Positions 1 to 14,639 of a stretch of 64,000 nucleotides of DNA are shown piece by piece. The position numbers and the translations under genes are program-made. Under the pieces are notes generated by a model, which saw nothing but the letters and a program-made list of their open reading frames with translations, was not told the DNA's origin and did not search any database. The stretch covers positions 248,001-312,000 of the forward strand of contig NW_021832432.1 in NCBI RefSeq assembly GCF_006345805.1. The letters are read 5' to 3'. This stretch comes from Octopus sinensis. Its lineage: Eukaryota. Numbering within the stretch: position 1 is the first letter of the stretch; every line of letters starts with the position of its first letter.

Positions 1-209
1 ACTAATCTGGAACTGGCTCAAAATGCCAATCTCTCAGTTTTTTCATCTCATCATCCCAGCTTCCACACGTTAAGCCCTTAGCTTGAAGAAAGCTTAAAAT
101 TAATGTTGAGCTCAAAGATTTCCTCTTTGAATTATTGATTATGAAATGATTTTCATATTTCAAATCCTGCCAAGGTCAACTTTGCCTTTATTCCCTCTGG
201 GGTTTTTTT

Positions 210-591
210 CTTTTACTTGTTTCAGTCATTTGACTGTGGCCATGTTGGAGCACTGCCTTTAGTCAAGCAAATCGACCCCAGGACTTATTCTTTGTAAGCC
301 TAGTACTTATTCTATCGGTCTCTTTTGCCGAACCACTAAGTTACAGGGACGTAAACACACCAGCATTGGTTGTCAAGCGATGTTAGGGGCACAAACACAG
401 ACACACAAACACACACACACACATATATACACATATATACGACCGGCTTCTTTCAGTTTCCATCTACCAAATTCACTCACAAGGCTTTGGTCAGCCCGAG
501 GCTGTAGTAGAAGACACTTGCCCAAGGTGCTACACAGTGAGACCGAACCCAGAACCATGTGGTTGGTGAGCAAGCTACTTACCACACAGCC
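210..591 (-). mobile_element. tRNA-derived SINE, family A (central CA/TA microsatellite)
   Basis: Near-identical ~400-bp sequence recurs more than 15 times. Head has A-box (TGGCTGTGTGG) and B-box (GGTTCAGTCCC) motifs, then CCTTGGGCAAGTG; tail ATGACTGAAACAAGTAAAAG. Confidence 0.9.
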
Positions 592-593
592 AT

Positions 594-832
594 GCAGTCT
601 TCCACACTTATCAATCCTCTTCATGTATAGGTGATCAGTGTCTGCACATGGATGATGTTAGGAGCTTTCTTGACTTCCTGTCCATCTCCTTTAGCTCCTC
701 CTCTGTCTACTTCAGGATTGCAGTGCCATACCGAACTACTGTGAATGCACGTGAGCTTATTGCCGAAATTAAAGTTTTTGGCATTTAGCTTTGAAGCCAA
801 TATTTTTCTCACTTGCCACAGATACTCTCTTT

Positions 833-836
<4 letters not shown>
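594..836 (-). mobile_element. Decayed R4/Dong-like (RLE-type) LINE, RT C-terminal remnant
   Basis: With frameshifts reads KREYLWQVRKILASKLNAKN-LISAISSRAFTVVRYGTAILK*TEEELKEMDRKSRKLLT-ADTDHLYMKR. Abuts (ATT)n at 835-890. Confidence 0.75.
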
Positions 837-890
<54 letters not shown>

Positions 891-2439
891 CCATCGCACA
901 ATATTTCTGGCCTTGTGCCTACATTAGAAATACTTATCATCATCAGCATCATCATTTTTTATTACAAGATTGGTACATGATAGAATTGGTGGAGCACAAA
1001 AACACCTTGTAATATTTAAGTAGCTTTGCTTTCTGACTTCACTTTTCATTCTTCTGGAGTTGATAAGATAAGTACCAATCACGTATGGTTTAAACTACTG
1101 TGGCTTCTCCAAAAATCTGTGGCATTGTGCCAATTTTAGAAAATGTCATCATCATCTTCATGATCACCATTAGTATGAAGATGTTTTTTTTTATTCTCCC
1201 TTCAGAACATGTTTTACTCAAGTTTAACCAAATGATATTTTCTTTTGAATACTTGTAAAAAGAACTATAATTGCCTATGGAAAACCTGTCTTTGATGCCC
1301 ATGGGCAGATAATTGAAAGGAAAAAGAGGTTTCTTTCACAAAATTAAAATTTTATTTATACACCTTGATATTGGCTGGTCGTAGGTATCGACTGGTTATA
1401 GGCATCAACTGGTTATTGATATTGGCTGGTTATAAGTACTGACTAGTTATGGGAATTGCTTTTCGTACTTTTTAGCCTCAGTTTCCTATGATCATATCAA
1501 ACCAGTGATAGCACATGGCCTAGTGATTAGGCTGTTTGCCCTATGATTATAATGTTGTGGGCTCAATTCCTGGATTGGTCGACATATTGTGTCCTTAAGC
1601 TAGGAATTTCATTTCAAATTACTGTAGCCTACCTTGCAGAAACGAAATGAGTACCAGCTAGGTGCTAATACAACCCTGCCACCAGCTGTCACATTCTCAA
1701 CGTTTTGCTGTGTCATGGCAAAAAACATTCCACAATGTGTTTTTTTTTTACTGTGTTTAAAGAAGGCAGAGTTTGATTTGAGGGAGATTTGGTTGCTGTG
1801 TCTATTGGTTTGAGTGGCCATGTATCAGCTACTTAATTGGTTCCTATTCAATAGCTGTAATGAATGACATGAGCATTTAAACCAAAAATGTTGTATAGAA
1901 TGACATATAGTTATCTCAGCACAGTGTATGGTATTTTCACAAATAAATCTTACTGCTGACATTTATTCCAAGGACTTTGTGCATATATATATATATATAT
2001 ATTCTGTTTTTTAAATGACTTAGTTTTCTTGCGCTCTTTTTATATTTAGCAAATGTGAATTGGATGAGATTTAGTTAAATAACTAACTATTCTTACTCTG
2101 ATAATGTTATCAACCTGATGTTTGAAGCATAGCTTAGCAAAATGTCCTCACATAAAATTATAGCAGCCGGTTTTAATTTAAAAATGAATAGTTTAAACCA
2201 AAAGTTTTGTAATGATAAAACCATGGGCAGTCTCAGAGCAGTGGATGGTGTAAATATTGGAGTATCAGATGCTCAAGAGAGATGCCTAGCTGTATCTCTT
2301 CTGGTGCTTTTTCATTTTGAGTTTTTGTGAAGCTGACTTAATCCATTTCTCAGTTTTAAAACCCACCATAGAAAAGGATTGATATTAAATCAAGGAAACA
2401 CTAAGATAGTCTGTTGCAGAGTGAAACATCTTTTATGGT

Positions 2440-3765
<1,326 letters not shown>

Positions 3766-3804
3766 GTTATAAAGGGCTAGCTACTGCAGTAATGGTTGGG
3801 TCAC

Positions 3805-4965
3805 TAGTAGTAGTAGTAGTAGTAGTAGTTGTGTGAGGCTGAAAAAACAACTGCATTAGGGATATTGTTCATTGTAGTAATAAAGGAATAGTAGGGGATA
3901 TTATGATGGCGTTGATGGTGGTGGTGGTGGTAGTGATGGTGTTGATGAGTCAGCCTTGTGTTAATACTCTGTTGTGTTGATGATGATGATGAGGATGATG
4001 ATGATGATGATGATGAGTCAGCGTTGGTAATGCTGCGTACTGTGGTTGATGATGATGGTTGTGATGTTTATGATGGTGTTGATAATGATGGTGTTGATGA
4101 TGATGATGGTTGATGATGATGATGATGAATCAAGTTTGGTAATGTTGTGTGCTGTTGTTGTTGATGATGACAGTGGTGATGATGATGATGATGATGATGA
4201 ATCAACTTCGATGATGTGTGCTGTTGTGTTGATGATGACAGTGGTGATGATGATGATGATGATGATGAATCAACTTCGATGATGTGTGCTGTTGTTGTTG
4301 ATGATGACGATGGTGTTGGTCATGATGATGACGATGGTGTTGGTCATGATGATGACGATGGTGTTGGTCATGATGATGACGATGACGATGATGATGATGA
4401 TGATGGTGGTGGCGGTGTTGGTTGTGAGGATAGTGATGATTGTGATTATGATGATGATGATGACAATGATGGTTGTGCAGATAGTGCTGATGATGATGAT
4501 GATGGCAAGAATGGTGTTATTGATGATGATGATGATGATGACGACGACAACAATGTCGGTTATGAGGATAGTGATGATGAGGGGTCATTCAGTTCTGTTT
4601 CTTGCAAAAGGAAAACGTATGGGATTTATTTATTCATTTACTTTATTTGTTTTTTGGGGGGGGTTTTTTTGGTTTTGTTTTGTTTTGTTTGCATTTTGTA
4701 TTACTTATTCATTCATTTATTTATTTATTTTATTTATTTTGCGGGGGGAAAAAGCAACTGTTGCTTGATATGTTGTTGTTGTTGTTACTGTTGTTACTTG
4801 AGATGGCGGCAGTTGTTGGACTTGTTCCTGCTGCTGCTGCTACTGCTGTTGTTGTTGCTGCTGCTGCAGTTGCTGCTGCAGTTGTTGCTGCTGCAGTTGC
4901 TGCAGTTGTTGTTGTTGTTTGTGATTGGATGACATTGTTGCAACGATGCTGGCTGTGTTGTTGTT
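3805..4965. repeat. Compound triplet microsatellite (TAG/GGT/GAT/GAC/GTT/GCT)
   Basis: Visible degenerate trinucleotide runs; source of the poly-D, poly-M and poly-L ORFs. Confidence 0.9.
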
Positions 4966-5104
4966 GATAACTGCAATCCTTTTATTGATTTGAGTGGCCC
5001 TGTTGTTGTTCTTGTTGCCTATTGGGATAGGTAGGTGCTAAGTGGCATTAGCAGTGGAGGGGGGGGGGGTTAGCAGCCTGGCTGTGGCTTACATGTTGAT
5101 AGAA

Positions 5105-6957
5105 ACTTCTCTCTCACTCTCTTTCTAACCCTTTACTCTCTCTCTCTCTCTTTGTCCCTCTCTCCCTCTCTCTACTACTCAGTCTACTCCCTCCCTTCCT
5201 CCTTCCTCTCTCTCTACTACTCATTCTACACCCTCCCTTCCTCCTTCCTCTCTCTCTACTACTCATTCTACACCCTACCTTCCTCCTTCATCTCTCTCTA
5301 TTACTCATTCTACTCCCTCCCTTCCTCCTTCCTCTCTCTCGATTACTCATTCTACTCCCCTTCCACCATCCTCTCTCTCTACTACTCATTCTACACCCTC
5401 CCTTCCTCCTTCCTCTCTCTCTACAACTCATTCTACTCCCTCCCTTCCTCCTTCCTCTCTCTCTACTACTCATTTTACTCCCTCCCTTCCTCCTCCTTCC
5501 TCTCTCTCTACTACTCAGTCTACACCCTCCCTTCTTCCTTCCTCTCTCTCTACTACTCATTCTACTCCCTTCCTCTTTCCTCTCTCTTCTCTACTACTCA
5601 TTCTACTCCCTCCCTTCATCTCTCTCTATTACTCATTCTACTCCCCTTCCACCATCCTCTCTACTACTCATTTTACTCCTCCCTTCCTCCTGCCTTTCTC
5701 TCTACTACTCAGTCTACTCCCTCCCTTCCTCCTTCTCTCTCTGTTTACTACTCATTCTACTCCCTCCCTTCTCCTTCCTCTCTCTACTACTCATTCTACT
5801 CCCTCCCTTCCTCTTCCTCTCTCTCTACTACTCATTCTACACCCTCCCTTCTCCTTCCTCTCTCTCTCTCTCTACAACTCATTCTACACCTCCCTTCCTC
5901 CTTCTCTCTCTCTACTACTCATTCTACTCCCTTCCTCTTTCCTCTCTCTTTCTCTACTACTCATTCTACTCCCTCCCTTCATCTCTCTCTATTACTCATT
6001 CTACTCCCCTTCCACCATCCTCTCTACTACTCATTTTACTCCCTCCCTTCCTCCTCCTCTCTCTCTACTACTCAGTCTACTCCCTCCCTTCCTCCTTCTC
6101 TCTCTGTTTACTACTCATTCTACTCCCTCCCTTCCTCCTTCCTCTCTCTACTACTCATTCTACTCCCTCCCTTCCTCCTTCCTCTCTCTCTACTACTCAT
6201 TCTACACCCTCCCTTCCTCCTTCCTCTCTCTCTCTCTCTACAACTCATTCTACACCCTCCCTTCCTCCTTCTCTCTCTCTACTACTCATTCTACTCCCTT
6301 CCTCTTTCCTCTCTCTTTCTCTACTACTACTCATTCTACTCCCTCCCTTCATCTCTCTCTATTACTCATTCTACTCCCCTTCCACCATCCTCTCTACTAC
6401 TCATTTTACTCCCTCCCTTCCTCCTCCTTCCTCTCTCTACTACTCAGTCTACTCCCTCCCTTCCTCCTTCTCTCTCTGTTTACTACTCATTCTACTCCCT
6501 CCCTTCCTCCTTCCTCTCTCTACTACTCATTCTACTCCCTCCCTTCCTCCTTCCTCTCTCTCTACTACTCATTCTACACCCTCCCTTCCTCCTTCCTCTC
6601 TCTCTCTCTCTACAACTCATTCTACACCCTCCCTTCCTCCTTCTCTCTCTCTCTACTACTCAGTCTACACCCTCCCTTCTTCCTTCCTCTCTCTCTACTA
6701 CTCATTCTACTCCCTTCCTCTTTCCTCTCTCTTCTCTACTACTCATTCTACTCCCTCCCTTCATATCTCTCTACTCATTCTACTCCCCTTCTACCATCCT
6801 CTCTGCTACTCATTTTACTCCCTCCCTTCCTCCTGCCTTTCTCTCTACTACTCAGTCTACTCCCTCCCTTCCTCCTTCTCTCTCTGTTTACTACTCATTC
6901 TACTCCCTCCCTTCCTCCTTCCTCTCTCTACTACTCATTCTACTCCCTCCCTTCCTC
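5105..6957. repeat. Pyrimidine-rich minisatellite (~35-45-bp unit, TACTACTCATTCTACTCCCTCCCTTCCTCC(TC)n)
   Basis: About 1.85 kb with almost no G on the + strand. Variant units recur (TCTGTTTACTACTC near 5741, 6105, 6477, 6886). Confidence 0.95.
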
Positions 6958-7174
6958 AGAAAAAAAAAACAAAAAAACAAAACAAATTGGTATTAGTTGC
7001 ATAAATAATAGAAATGATAGTGGTGAATGTGGTGAAGCTGTGGCATTAATGCTGTGTTTATATGGTGGTGGTGACAACTGCAGTGGTGGTGTGGAATTAA
7101 TGGTGTATGAATGTGATAGTTCTGTGGTGGTATCAATAATTACATGTATGTATGTATGTATGTATGTATGTATA

Positions 7175-7401
7175 CTCTTTTACTTGTTTCAATCATTTGA
7201 CTGCGGCCATGCTGGAGCACCGCCTTTAGTTGAGAAAATCGACCCCAGGACTTATTCTTCGGAAGCCTAGTACTTATTCTATTGGTCACTTTTGGCGAAC
7301 TGCTAAGTTACGGGGACGTAAACACACCACCATCGGTTATCATGCGATGATGGGGGGACAAACACAGACACACAAACATATACACACGGACACACACACA
7401 T

Positions 7402-7442
<41 letters not shown>

Positions 7443-7601
7443 TATATGATGGGCTTCTTTCAGTTTCCGTCTACCAGATCCACTCACAAGGCTTTGGTCG
7501 GTCCTAGGCTATAGCAGAAAACATTTGCCCAAGGTGCCACGCAGTGGGAATGAACCCAGAACCATGTGGTTGGTAAGCAAGCTACTTACCACACAGCCAC
7601 T
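7175..7601 (-). mobile_element. SINE family A
   Basis: Full-length match to the other copies. Confidence 0.9.
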
Positions 7602-8009
7602 ATGTATGTATGTGTATATGTATGTATGTAGGATTCATGTATGTATGCGTATGCATATGTATGTGTGTATGTATGAATATGTACATGTATGTGTATATGT
7701 ATGTATGTGCGTAACTGTGTGTGCTTGCATGCCTCTGTGTGGGTGTGGGGGTGTGTGTGCTTGTATGCTTCTATGTGATGTGTGTGTGTGTGTGTGTGCA
7801 TGTGCGTGATGTTGAATAAAGAGAGCAGTAATGAAAATTAACTGACATAACTAGAAAATGAATCTCATATTGCTTATCTCAGGAAGTCAAGGAGGTTTTG
7901 TCCATTTTACTATATTTATATATGTTTCTGTATGTGTGTTTGTGTTATATTTGTGTGTGAGTGTATGTATGTATATGTGTGTGGTGTGTGTATATATAAA
8001 TATATATAT

Positions 8010-8419
8010 GGGCGTAGAAGTGGCTGTGTAGTAAGTAGCTTGCTTACAAAACACATGGTTTCGGGTTCAGTCCCACTGCGTGGTACCTTGGGCAAGTGTC
8101 TTCTACTATAGCCTCGGGCCAACCAAAGCCTTGTGAGTGGATTTGGTAGACGGAAACTGAAAAAAAGCTCGTGATATATATGTATATATATACATGTATG
8201 TGTGTGTGTGTATATGTTTGTGTGTTTGTGTTGGTCCCCCCAACATCGCTTGACAACCGATGCTGGTGTGGTTACGTCCCTGTAACTTAGTGGTTTGACA
8301 AAAGAGGCCGATAGAATAAGTACTAGGCTTACAAAGAATAACTCCTGGGATCAATTTGCTCGACTAAAGGCGGTGCTCCAGCATGGCCACAGTCACATGA
8401 CTGAAACAAGTAAAAGAGA

Positions 8420-8420
<1 letters not shown>
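8010..8420 (+). mobile_element. SINE family A
   Basis: Full-length, inverted relative to 7175-7601. Confidence 0.9.
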
Positions 8421-8461
<41 letters not shown>

Positions 8462-9183
8462 TGTGTGTGTCTGTATCTGTGTAAATTCCTCTCTGAGTAA
8501 GTCTAGGTACTATTATGGAGTGTGTGATCTGAAATGATTACCACTGTCAGTTCTACAGGGCTGCCTAAACCTTGTACAGTTCGCCTTGTTATGTCGACAA
8601 TGTTCCTAGTGTCTTGCAGGGTTATGCTAAGCTTGTTTTGATAACTGAAGAAAGAACTGCATTAAAGAGTACATATTGAGCACTTCAACCCTGCCCCACC
8701 CCCTGCACCCTGCACCCGCCTCTGGCACCTGCCAGCCTCTGTACCTCTCCCCTTATGTCTTTTAATGGCCGCCCTCCCTGCTGCCTTATTTATATACCTA
8801 TGTTCCCTTTCTCTGCACCATCTGAATTCCTTCTTTATTCTTTCCATGTTCAGTAGTTATCTTTTGTTTTTGCTACATGTGTGCGTGTGTGTGTGTGTGT
8901 ATTTATACAATCATAGATATAAATGTATACATATATACATAGTTACACACATACATATAAATATACACATATATACTCATACATATATATATATATATAT
9001 ACACATGCATACACACGCATTTATATTTGTTTGTGTGTATGTGTGTGTATTTATATATACATACATGCGTGTGTATGCATGTGTATATATATATACACAT
9101 GCATACACACGCATTTATATTTGTTTGTGTGTGTATTTATATATACATACATAGATATAAATATACACATATATACATATAGT

Positions 9184-9346
9184 AGGCGTAGGCATGGTTG
9201 TGTGCTAAGTACCTTGCTTACCAACCACATGGAACCGGGTTCAGTCCTGCTGTGTGGTACCTTTGACAAATGTCTTCTACTATCGCCTTGGGCTGACCAA
9301 AGCCTTGTAAGTGGATTTGGTAGATGGTAACTGAAAGAAGCCCGCC

Positions 9347-9413
<67 letters not shown>

Positions 9414-9634
9414 TATGTGTGAGTGTATATGTTTGTGTGTCTGTGTCTGTCCCACCGCTATCATTTGACAACCAATGCTGGTGTGTTTGTGTCTCCGTAA
9501 CTTAGCAGTTCAGCAAAAGAGACCGATTGAATAAATACTGGGCTTACAAAGAGTAAGTCGTGGGGTCGATTTGTTCGACTAAAGGCAATGCTCCTGCATG
9601 GCTGCAGTCAAATGACTGAAACAAATAAAAGAAT
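9184..9634 (+). mobile_element. SINE family A
   Basis: Full-length with an expanded central (TA)n. Confidence 0.9.
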
Positions 9635-10624
9635 ATAGTTACACACACACACACATACACACACACACACACACATACACATACACACAGATATTTATAT
9701 TTGTTTTTAATAAAGTGTTGCTCCTTATACCCAATGCTGGTTCTATACTGTCTGTCTTACCGTTTCTCTTATTCCTCACTTTCTCTTACTCTCTCACTCT
9801 CTCAATACTTGTGGATGGTAATGGTAGAAGCAGGACATTCTCTTTCATCCTGCACTGTTACTTATATTGCTCAGGTTCCCTAAGGTACCATCTCTTCTCT
9901 ATCATTGATTGCCTTTTTTTTTCTGGTCTCATTCCCACTTTTGCCTTCACCCAAACACACACCCACCACCACTCATTCTTAATTTTTTTTTTTTTTGCCT
10001 TTCATCCTCCTCCGTCCTCTACAATTCCTTACTTTTCTTCCCTACTGACAAATATCTATTCTTTTGAGTGGTTTTTTTTTTCTTTCTTTCTTTTCCTTTT
10101 GAGTTTCGGGTTTTCTTAAGGGAAAACAAGTATGAACGAGAAAGAAAAGGAAAGAAAAGGAATGAAAGTAAAACCATTGAAATCATGGTTTTAAATTATC
10201 AGCCATTGATTTTGTTATGAATGGAAGTTAATTGTGTTGAAATATCAGCCATGTCTTAACTTTTGAATATATCATTCTTTTGAATGATATATTTTCCTCC
10301 ACTGAGATTCATATTTATATCATTGTTATCCAATTACCAGTTACATCATTCAGCTGTTGTACATGCCTATAACTGTAGCTGTATTGTATTTTATAAATTG
10401 TTGCATTCGGTGCTCTTCTATTGACTACATATGTTTATTTTGATGGTTTTACTTTTTACTGTCACATGTTACCTCTCTGTACTGAATAACAGCTGTCAAC
10501 CAGGGATCTTTACACTTTATTTGTACTAGATGAAGGAGTTTGCTTTGGGGTATCTCTTTCATTGGAAGAATGCTATCTATTTTCAGAATGTCTGATCACA
10601 GCTTGACAACTCAGGTTGTGAGAA

Positions 10625-11038
10625 GTGGTCATATGTGTGGCATAGTGCTTAAGAAGTCCACTTTGAAATCATGTGGTCTTGCGTTCAGTTCTACAGCATG
10701 GCATCTTGGGCAAGCAAATTTATGTGTCTTTACCATACTCTCAGGTTTACTCATGCTGTGTGAATGAAAATGGGTAGCAGGAAACTGTGTGGAAGCCTGT
10801 TGGGTGGGATGTAAAAGCACCTGTGCAGTTCTATGTAAAAGTACCCACATGGTGCCACGTAATGACACCCAGCACATTTTGTAAAGTGGTTGGTGTTAGG
10901 AAGGGCATCCAGCCACAGAAACCATACCAAATCAGACTGGAGTCTAGTGTAGCTCTCCAGCTTGCCAGCTCTGGTCAAACTGTCCAACCCATGCCAGCAT
11001 GGACAACAGATGTTAAACGATCATGATGATGATGATGG
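10625..11038 (+). mobile_element. SINE with family-A-like tRNA head and RTE-type 3' tail
   Basis: Degenerate A/B boxes and CTTGGGCAAG, then GTGGTTGGTGTTAGGAAGGGCATCCAGCC...GTTAAACGAT(GAT)n. The same tail follows the RTE ORF remnant at 28030-28837. Confidence 0.7.
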
Positions 11039-12640
11039 TGCATGTTAATTTAATTATTAGACTATTAAAAATTGATTAACCGCATGCTTCAGGTTCAGCC
11101 ACACTGTTTCGTAAGTGTCTTCTACAAATAGCCCTGAGCCAACCAATGCCTTGTAAGTGAATTTGGTAAAAAGCAACTGTGTGGACACCTATTATATATG
11201 GCAATGTGGTTGTCAGTAGAAAGCCGATCATCAAAATCTAAAGGAAGCTGTAGTATGCACAGCAAGCAACACAGCTTCTGTCATCTACCATCTAACTTTT
11301 CTGGTTATTAACCAACCTTGTATTTACTACCATCTCGTGCATTCCATTAGAAATTTGTCCATAGAGAGCCATATTCACTAGAGACAGAATACCCCAGTGT
11401 TTGGTCGTAAGATTGTGATTTCAATTTCTCGACCAGGCAATGACATTGTGTTCTTGAGCAAAATACTCCATTTTACATTACCCCAATCCACTCACCTGGT
11501 AAAAATGAGTAATCTTGTAATGGACAACTTCCATCCAGGGAGAAATATATACACCAGGGAAACCTGGAAACTGGTGCTATGCTCCTTACAGAGTAATGTG
11601 GACTAGCCAGCCATAGGGAAAGAAGATAAATGTTATCCAGTATTTGTGTGTTAGGTGTCCTACATTATAAAATCTCTCACACAGCCATTCTCTCAAATAT
11701 CTTTTGTACACAAACAATGCCAAGCACAAAGTAATCAGTTTAACTGGGAAATGGAATCCCAATTAGCTACTCTTAATTGTTATGCTACTGCATAATGTGT
11801 GCTTGAAACTCCAATAAAGAGCAAGCAGCCCTATTGCTTAAGTAGCCAACTTTGGAAACAGACTCAAATTCACTTCCAATTAATGATTATATCCTTTTGT
11901 TCAATGTCACCGTTTCTTTCCCACGTAGGGAACTGAATTATTGCTGCAAATATCTGTATATTTAATGTATCAAATGTAACAGCATTGTTTTGTTGTTGTT
12001 GTTTTTTTCTTTTTTTTTTTTTCATAGTTGCCTGTTATTGACATATTCAAATGTGGCATAAAGGTGACGCTTATTTTCAGATAAGGAAACTGGGCCAAAC
12101 ATGGCAACAGGTTTTATTTATTTATTTATTCGTTTATTTATTTATTTATTCTATTTATGATTTTTATGGGGCTCAAATGCAAGAAACAAAACCAACCAAA
12201 CAAAACAAAACAAAAAACCCCTGCTAGAAAGGAGTCCAGAGTGACACCAATGTATGTACTGTTCATTTGTGTGTATAAATAGCTTGTGTTCAAATAGTTT
12301 GGCTGCAAATGATATATATTGACTCTGCAGCTTTAGCACCCCATCCCCCTCCTCCTCTTTCTGCACCCTCCTCTGCTACCTTTTCTTCTTCCTCTTCATC
12401 TGTTTCTTCTGCTTCCTCCTTCCTCCTTTCTTATCTCCTTTGCTTCTCCACCTCTTCCTTTGCTCCTAGTTCCCTTGTTCCTCTTCCTATTCTGCTTCAT
12501 CTTCTTCTGGCTCTGTTTCCTTCTCTTCCCCCTCCTCCTCCTGCCTCTGTCTCTGTGCTTTCTCCCCCCCCCCATCCCTGTTGTCATCACCACTACCGCC
12601 TCCAATAAGAAGTCTGAAACCAACAAGGAAGCCACTAGAC

Positions 12641-13008
12641 CAGTAGTTCTCAACAAGAGTCCATATGACCCCTGGGGGTCCATATAAGGGTTTTGGGCAG
12701 GGTTCACACTAGAAAAATAGTAAATTGGGGATCCTCAATAGTATTTTAAGGGTCCACGAAAATAGTTGATTTTTATGTATTTATTGCAAAAAAAAGAAAA
12801 CAAAAGAAAAAGAAAAACAACAGCTTGGTTCCTTTCTCTAATATTTTACATAGTTCATCCTACACAAATTAACATGTGAAAAACAAAGTAGGAATTTTAA
12901 AATAAGTATCTATACAACTAGTTATTAAACATCAAATGGCTATGGGGTCTACCTGAATAAAATAGTAATCAAAGGGATCCATAGGTAAAAAATAGTTGAG
13001 AACCACTG
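12641..13008. mobile_element. hAT (Charlie-like) MITE
   Basis: TIRs CAGTAGTTCTCAAC / GTTGAGAACCACTG; exact 8-bp TSD CACTAGAC (12633-40 and 13009-16). Confidence 0.9.
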
Positions 13009-13131
13009 CACTAGACTGTTGCTTGACCTCATAGAAATTATGATGACCGGCTAATGCTACATTGTATTATGTAGTATCAGATAAATGACACCTTAAAATA
13101 AAAAATAAAAGGTGGAATGGTTGTAATCCAA

Positions 13132-13368
13132 AACTAAGGCGGCGAGCTGACAGAATCGTTAGCACGTCGGGCGAAATGCTCATCAGTATTTCATCTGTCG
13201 CTGCGTTCTGAGTTCAAATTCCGCCGAGGTCGACTTTGCCTTTCATCCTTTCGGGGTCGATTAAATAAGTACCAGTTACGCACTGGGGTCGATATGATCG
13301 ACTTAATCCGTTTGTCCGTCCTTGTTTGTCCTCTCTTTGTTTGGCCCCTTGTGGGTAGTAAAGAAATA
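13132..13368 (+). mobile_element. tRNA-derived SINE, family B
   Basis: AGGCGGCGAGCTG...GAGTTCAAATTCC...GTCGACTTTGCCTTTCATCCTTTCGGGGTCGA. TSD GGTTGTAATCCAA (13119-31 and 13369-81). Confidence 0.92.
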
Positions 13369-14303
13369 GGTTGTAATCCAATGGTTTTTGTCATATGTCT
13401 ATCCAATCAAGACCAACTTACCTTAAACAACAAGTCTTGTTTCTTGAGGTTTGACTGGGTTGAACTGGTGTGCAATCCAGTAATACTGCGATATCTTCTC
13501 TCAATCCAGTGTTATCTTAGCTTTTGAGAATCTACTATGCTGAGATATGACCCCCTTCACTTCCTCCTATCTCTTTCATTGGCCTTCTTTTCCCTATTAC
13601 AAACAGCTTTCTCAGTAATAGCTCATTTTTCTTTTTTTTTTTTTTTTACCTAGCAGGATTTATCCATTCACACTGCATATAATCAAGTAGATGACACAAA
13701 TCTCATTCTGTCTGGCATCCACGTTATTTCATATAATCCTCCAAGTTTCACAAATGTCATGTTTAGGTGATATGTGTAGCAGTTACCAAATGCAACAGTA
13801 TAATTATAGCTTGCAGATTGTGGCATAGTGGAGAAGTAACAAGGAGAAGCTGAGAAAGGCTGCTTGTTACAAAGTTAAAGAAATGACAAATTGGGAATTG
13901 ACATAAGAGGTTTTAATAAACTGTTACAAAGTCTCACAACAGTGATGAATTGTTTTCAGTTTTGATGGAGAATCTCTTGTGGGCTGGCACTAAGTTGATG
14001 TGAAACTTGTGCAAGGTTGCCATTGATGAAAAGTTAACCGTCTGTTAATAGCAGAGTAAAAAGAGAAAGGAATGTATATATATATATACATTAATTGAAA
14101 TGTACAGTTTTATATATCCATTATGACCTATCTTACCAATCAATTTTGTGTTAAGGATTCAATGGAGTGCTAAGTTACAGTCTGATTATGTAACCCTGCA
14201 CTCTTCAGAGACAGCTGTTATGGAATGAAATATGGTGACTGCTCTTCATTGTTGGAGGTGAATAGACACATCCAGTTTGTGATATATATATATAGATAGA
14301 TCA

Positions 14304-14395
14304 GACTGGGCCTGGTGCAGCCTTCTGGCTTCCCAGACCCCAGTTGAACTGTCCAACCCATGCTAGCATGGAAAGCGGACGCTAAATGATGATGA

Positions 14396-14457
<62 letters not shown>

Positions 14458-14639
14458 TGGAGTGGTCTACACTCATGGAGTGGTCTACACTCACGGAGTG
14501 GTTGGCGTTAGGAAGGGCATCCAGCCGTAGAAACATTGCCAGATCAAACTGGGCCTGGTGCAGCCTTCTGGCTTCCCAGACCCCAGTTGAACCGTCCAAC
14601 TAGCATGGAAAGCGGACGCTAAACGATGATGATGATGAT

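Noticed and set aside
4046-4976. Poly-Asp, poly-Met and poly-Leu ORFs
   Set aside because: Translations of triplet microsatellites, with no splice or homology support.
5152-6996. 614-aa ORF
   Set aside because: Lies in a G-free CT minisatellite where stop codons are compositionally rare; the protein is low-complexity S/L/P/Y with no family resemblance.
8542-8644. Possible minus-strand exon (YQNKLSITLQDTRNIVDITRRTVQGLGSPVELTV)
   Set aside because: Plausible AG/GT bounds, but no recognisable homology and no partner exons found.
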